NCBI GenBank assembly: GCA_963764745.1
Contig: CAVXTN010000005.1
Span: forward strand, 262,361 to 326,360
DNA: 64,000 nt
Source of the DNA: Candidatus Aminicenantes bacterium
GTDB lineage: Bacteria > Acidobacteriota > Aminicenantia > UBA2199
Direction of reading: 5' to 3'
Part shown: one piece after another, positions 62,289 to 64,000 of the stretch
Position numbering within the stretch: the first letter of the stretch is position 1
How the letters are laid out: each line of letters begins with the position of its first letter
Made by a program: the position numbers and the translations under genes
Notes under the pieces: model-generated
The model's input: only the letters and a program-made list of their open reading frames with translations
Database searches by the model: none
Told to the model about the DNA's origin: nothing

Positions 62289-62389
62289 ACCCGCCAACCG
62301 CCCCGCTGCCCGGCCTGCGGCTCCAGCGCCACCCTGCCGTTCGAGAGCGAAGAAGACTCCGCGGCCGACCGAATCCTTCAGTCGAGATC

Positions 62390-62600
62390 ATGCTGACCAT
62401 ATTCGTTTTTTTCCTGGCCCTTTTCCTCGCCTTTCTGCTCTTCCTGCTGAGCCGCGCCAGCCTTCCCGGTAGTCCTGATCCTGCTCCTGGCCGCCTTTTT
62501 GTTCTGGCGGCGCAAAAAGGAAAAACGCCGGCGGGCCAAGACAAAAATCCGGAGGCGCACCTATGTCTGCCTGGATTGCAGCCGCAGTTTCGACGCCTGA
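62390..62600 (+). pseudogene. Small membrane protein with basic C-terminal tail (weak call, one frame break)
   Basis: MLTIFVFFLALFLAFLLFLLSRASLP is followed, one frame over, by VVLILLLAAFLFWRRKKEKRRRAKTKIRRRTYVCLDCSRSFDA. The span length is not a multiple of 3. Confidence 0.3.
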
Positions 62601-64000
62601 TCAGAAGAACCTGGTGCTTTCCTTGTAGGACACTTCCCCTTTCAGCACGCGGTTCAGGACTTTCTGGGCCATGGTCAGGTTCCCGGCCTCGGAAATTTTT
62701 TTATCCAGGGCGACCAGGTCTGCCTTTTTGGAACTGGGCCCTTTCGTGGTTTTCCAGGGTGAAGATCTCGTAGAAAATCTCATCGCGGCCATAGCCGCTG
62801 GACTGGCATTCCGGGCAGCCTTTTTCCTGGAAGACCTTGTAGTCGCTGCTCAAGTTTCTTGTTTTTGAAAAGCTGGCCGGCCGATTGCGGCAGCGGCGTT
62901 TTGCAGTGCGGACAAAGAATTTTCGCCTGGCGTTGAAATATGACCAGGCGCAGGTTTTCTACCAGGAAGGAAGGCGGCACATCATATTCCACCTGGCATT
63001 TTTTCAAAAATCTCCTCGTAGGAGAAACCCTGCAATTCGATGAACAATTTGCCCATTTCCACGAAATTCAGGAATTGGCGGTTGTAGCTTTTTTGAAAAA
63101 AATCGAACAGGAACATGGAATCGGGCTTGAAAAAAAGCAGGTTCTTGTACACGGCGTCGCTGACATCGCCGCTTTGGTTTTCGATCTGAAAGAACCGCTC
63201 GTTGCGCAGCACCACGTCGCTCTCCACGGTGGCGATGCGTTCGTGGGTCAGGGTATTCATCAGGGCATAGAGCGTCTCGCCGGCCTTGTTGTAGGCCGGG
63301 CCGGCCACGATGAACAGGCCGTTGGGCTTCTGCAAAATGGACTGGACGCGCTCCATTTCGTCGCGTTCCAGATTCAGCTCGGGGACCTTCTTGGCAAAAT
63401 CCTTCAGGTTGTTGAATTTGAAGCGGATGTTCTCCTGGGCGCCCCCGGAATAATAGACGGACCTTGATCTTCAAATGGCTGAAATTTTTGCTCATGTTCA
63501 GCCAGGACTCCCGGGGCGACTGGCTTTCATCGCGCTTGAAACCGCAGATTTCCTTTATTTTGTCAAAAAATTCCTTGGGGTCGTCGCAAGGCTGGTTGAC
63601 GCGGGAAAGCGACTCCCCGTTGCGAAAAAAAATCGTGAGCTGACCGGCTTTGAATTCAAAGAACACATCGGAGACCTTCGACTGGACTGCGGATTTGACC
63701 AGGGAATTCAATACGCGGATATATTTGGTGCTTTCCAGCGAGGTATAAATGCTGACATCCTTCTCGGTGCTTTCCAGGTTTTTGAGCAGGCTTTCAATTT
63801 CTTCCTTCTGGGCCAGGTAGGGGATCAGCTTGAATTTCTGCAGTTCTCCGCTCTTTTTCAAATTCGGGAGATCGTTGACCGAATAGAAGGCGAAACGGAG
63901 CACGTGCCCGCCGGCGATCTCCTGGATCTCGATGGGCACGATCTTCTGGTCCAGGCAGAATTCCTTGCCGATCTGCAGGATCAATCCCGTGTCCACGGCG
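62601..64000 (-). pseudogene. GspE/PilB-family secretion-ATPase homolog with degenerate nucleotide-binding motifs (5' end may lie beyond the window), about four frame breaks
   Basis: The N-terminal region is in ORF 63004..63996. The core is NGLFIVAGPAYNKAGETLYAL (in place of GPTGSGKTTTLY), KPDSMFLFDFFQ (in place of the Walker B/Asp box) and MGKLFIELQG (in place of the His box). The C-terminal tetra-Cys LCPHCKTP...KGCPECQSSGYGRDEIFYEIF is retained. The stop is at 62601-03. The gene is visibly more AT-rich than most of the window. Confidence 0.7.

Noticed and set aside
13477-62800. In-frame TGA/TAG stops as selenocysteine/pyrrolysine recoding, or programmed ribosomal frameshifting
   Set aside because: Homology never continues in the same frame past the stops; it resumes in the next frame. 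No slippery heptamers or SECIS-like hairpins recur at the junctions, and up to about 17 events occur in one gene.
1-64000. rRNA, tRNA, tmRNA, transposase or integrase genes
   Set aside because: I recognised none while reading both strands. This is a by-eye negative and should be confirmed with tRNAscan, Infernal and IS searches.

Overview
High-GC bacterial chromosomal window from a diderm with anaerobe-type metabolism. An Acidobacteriota/Aminicenantes-like affiliation is only an impression from gene content. The content is mostly core operons. In order: a repeat lipoprotein (partial); purL, a HEAT-like gene and purB; a secreted VWFA-related protein; a BNR/Asp-box protein; a DDAH-like enzyme; a compact aspartate-to-homocysteine operon (DUF39/COG1900-ferredoxin fusion, COG2122/UPF0280, asd, aspartate kinase); a RelE/Phd TA pair; LemA-TPM-TPM; rubredoxin plus a flavodiiron protein; a TPR lipoprotein with FHA-GAF-cyclase, gpsA, plsY and thpR in one operon; a secreted repeat protein; mobB, a small ORF, a 4-cluster ferredoxin and tungsten-type AOR; a VapBC TA pair flanked by palindromic repeat elements; sdhCDAB; a GGDEF protein; malQ; a FecR-like protein; three sulfatase-like-TPR paralogs around a TonB-dependent-receptor-like OMP; transaldolase; TamB plus a BamA/TamA-like protein; a DUF5916-like OMP; a UbiA prenyltransferase; a SurA-like protein; a YhaM-like protein; and a GspE-like pseudo-ATPase (partial). 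I recognised no rRNA, tRNA, CRISPR, transposase or integrase. The strongest signal not explained by genes is a pattern of frame breaks. From 13.48 kb onward many genes are broken into ORF fragments. Every break I could trace behaves as one extra base (+1), never a deletion. The breaks are patchy: none in the first 13.4 kb, and locally about one per 50-250 bp. Genes affected this way are listed as pseudogene (frame-disrupted as given); an insertion-biased consensus artefact is the most economical explanation. Other items worth a second look: the bacterial ASA-to-homocysteine operon and its leader, the GTAGGGGC...GCCCCTAC elements bracketing vapBC, an AT-rich mosaic of strand-symmetric short repeats at 56.6-56.8 kb, the sulfatase-like-TPR/OMP cluster with twin palindromic operators, and a GspE homolog with degenerate ATPase motifs.
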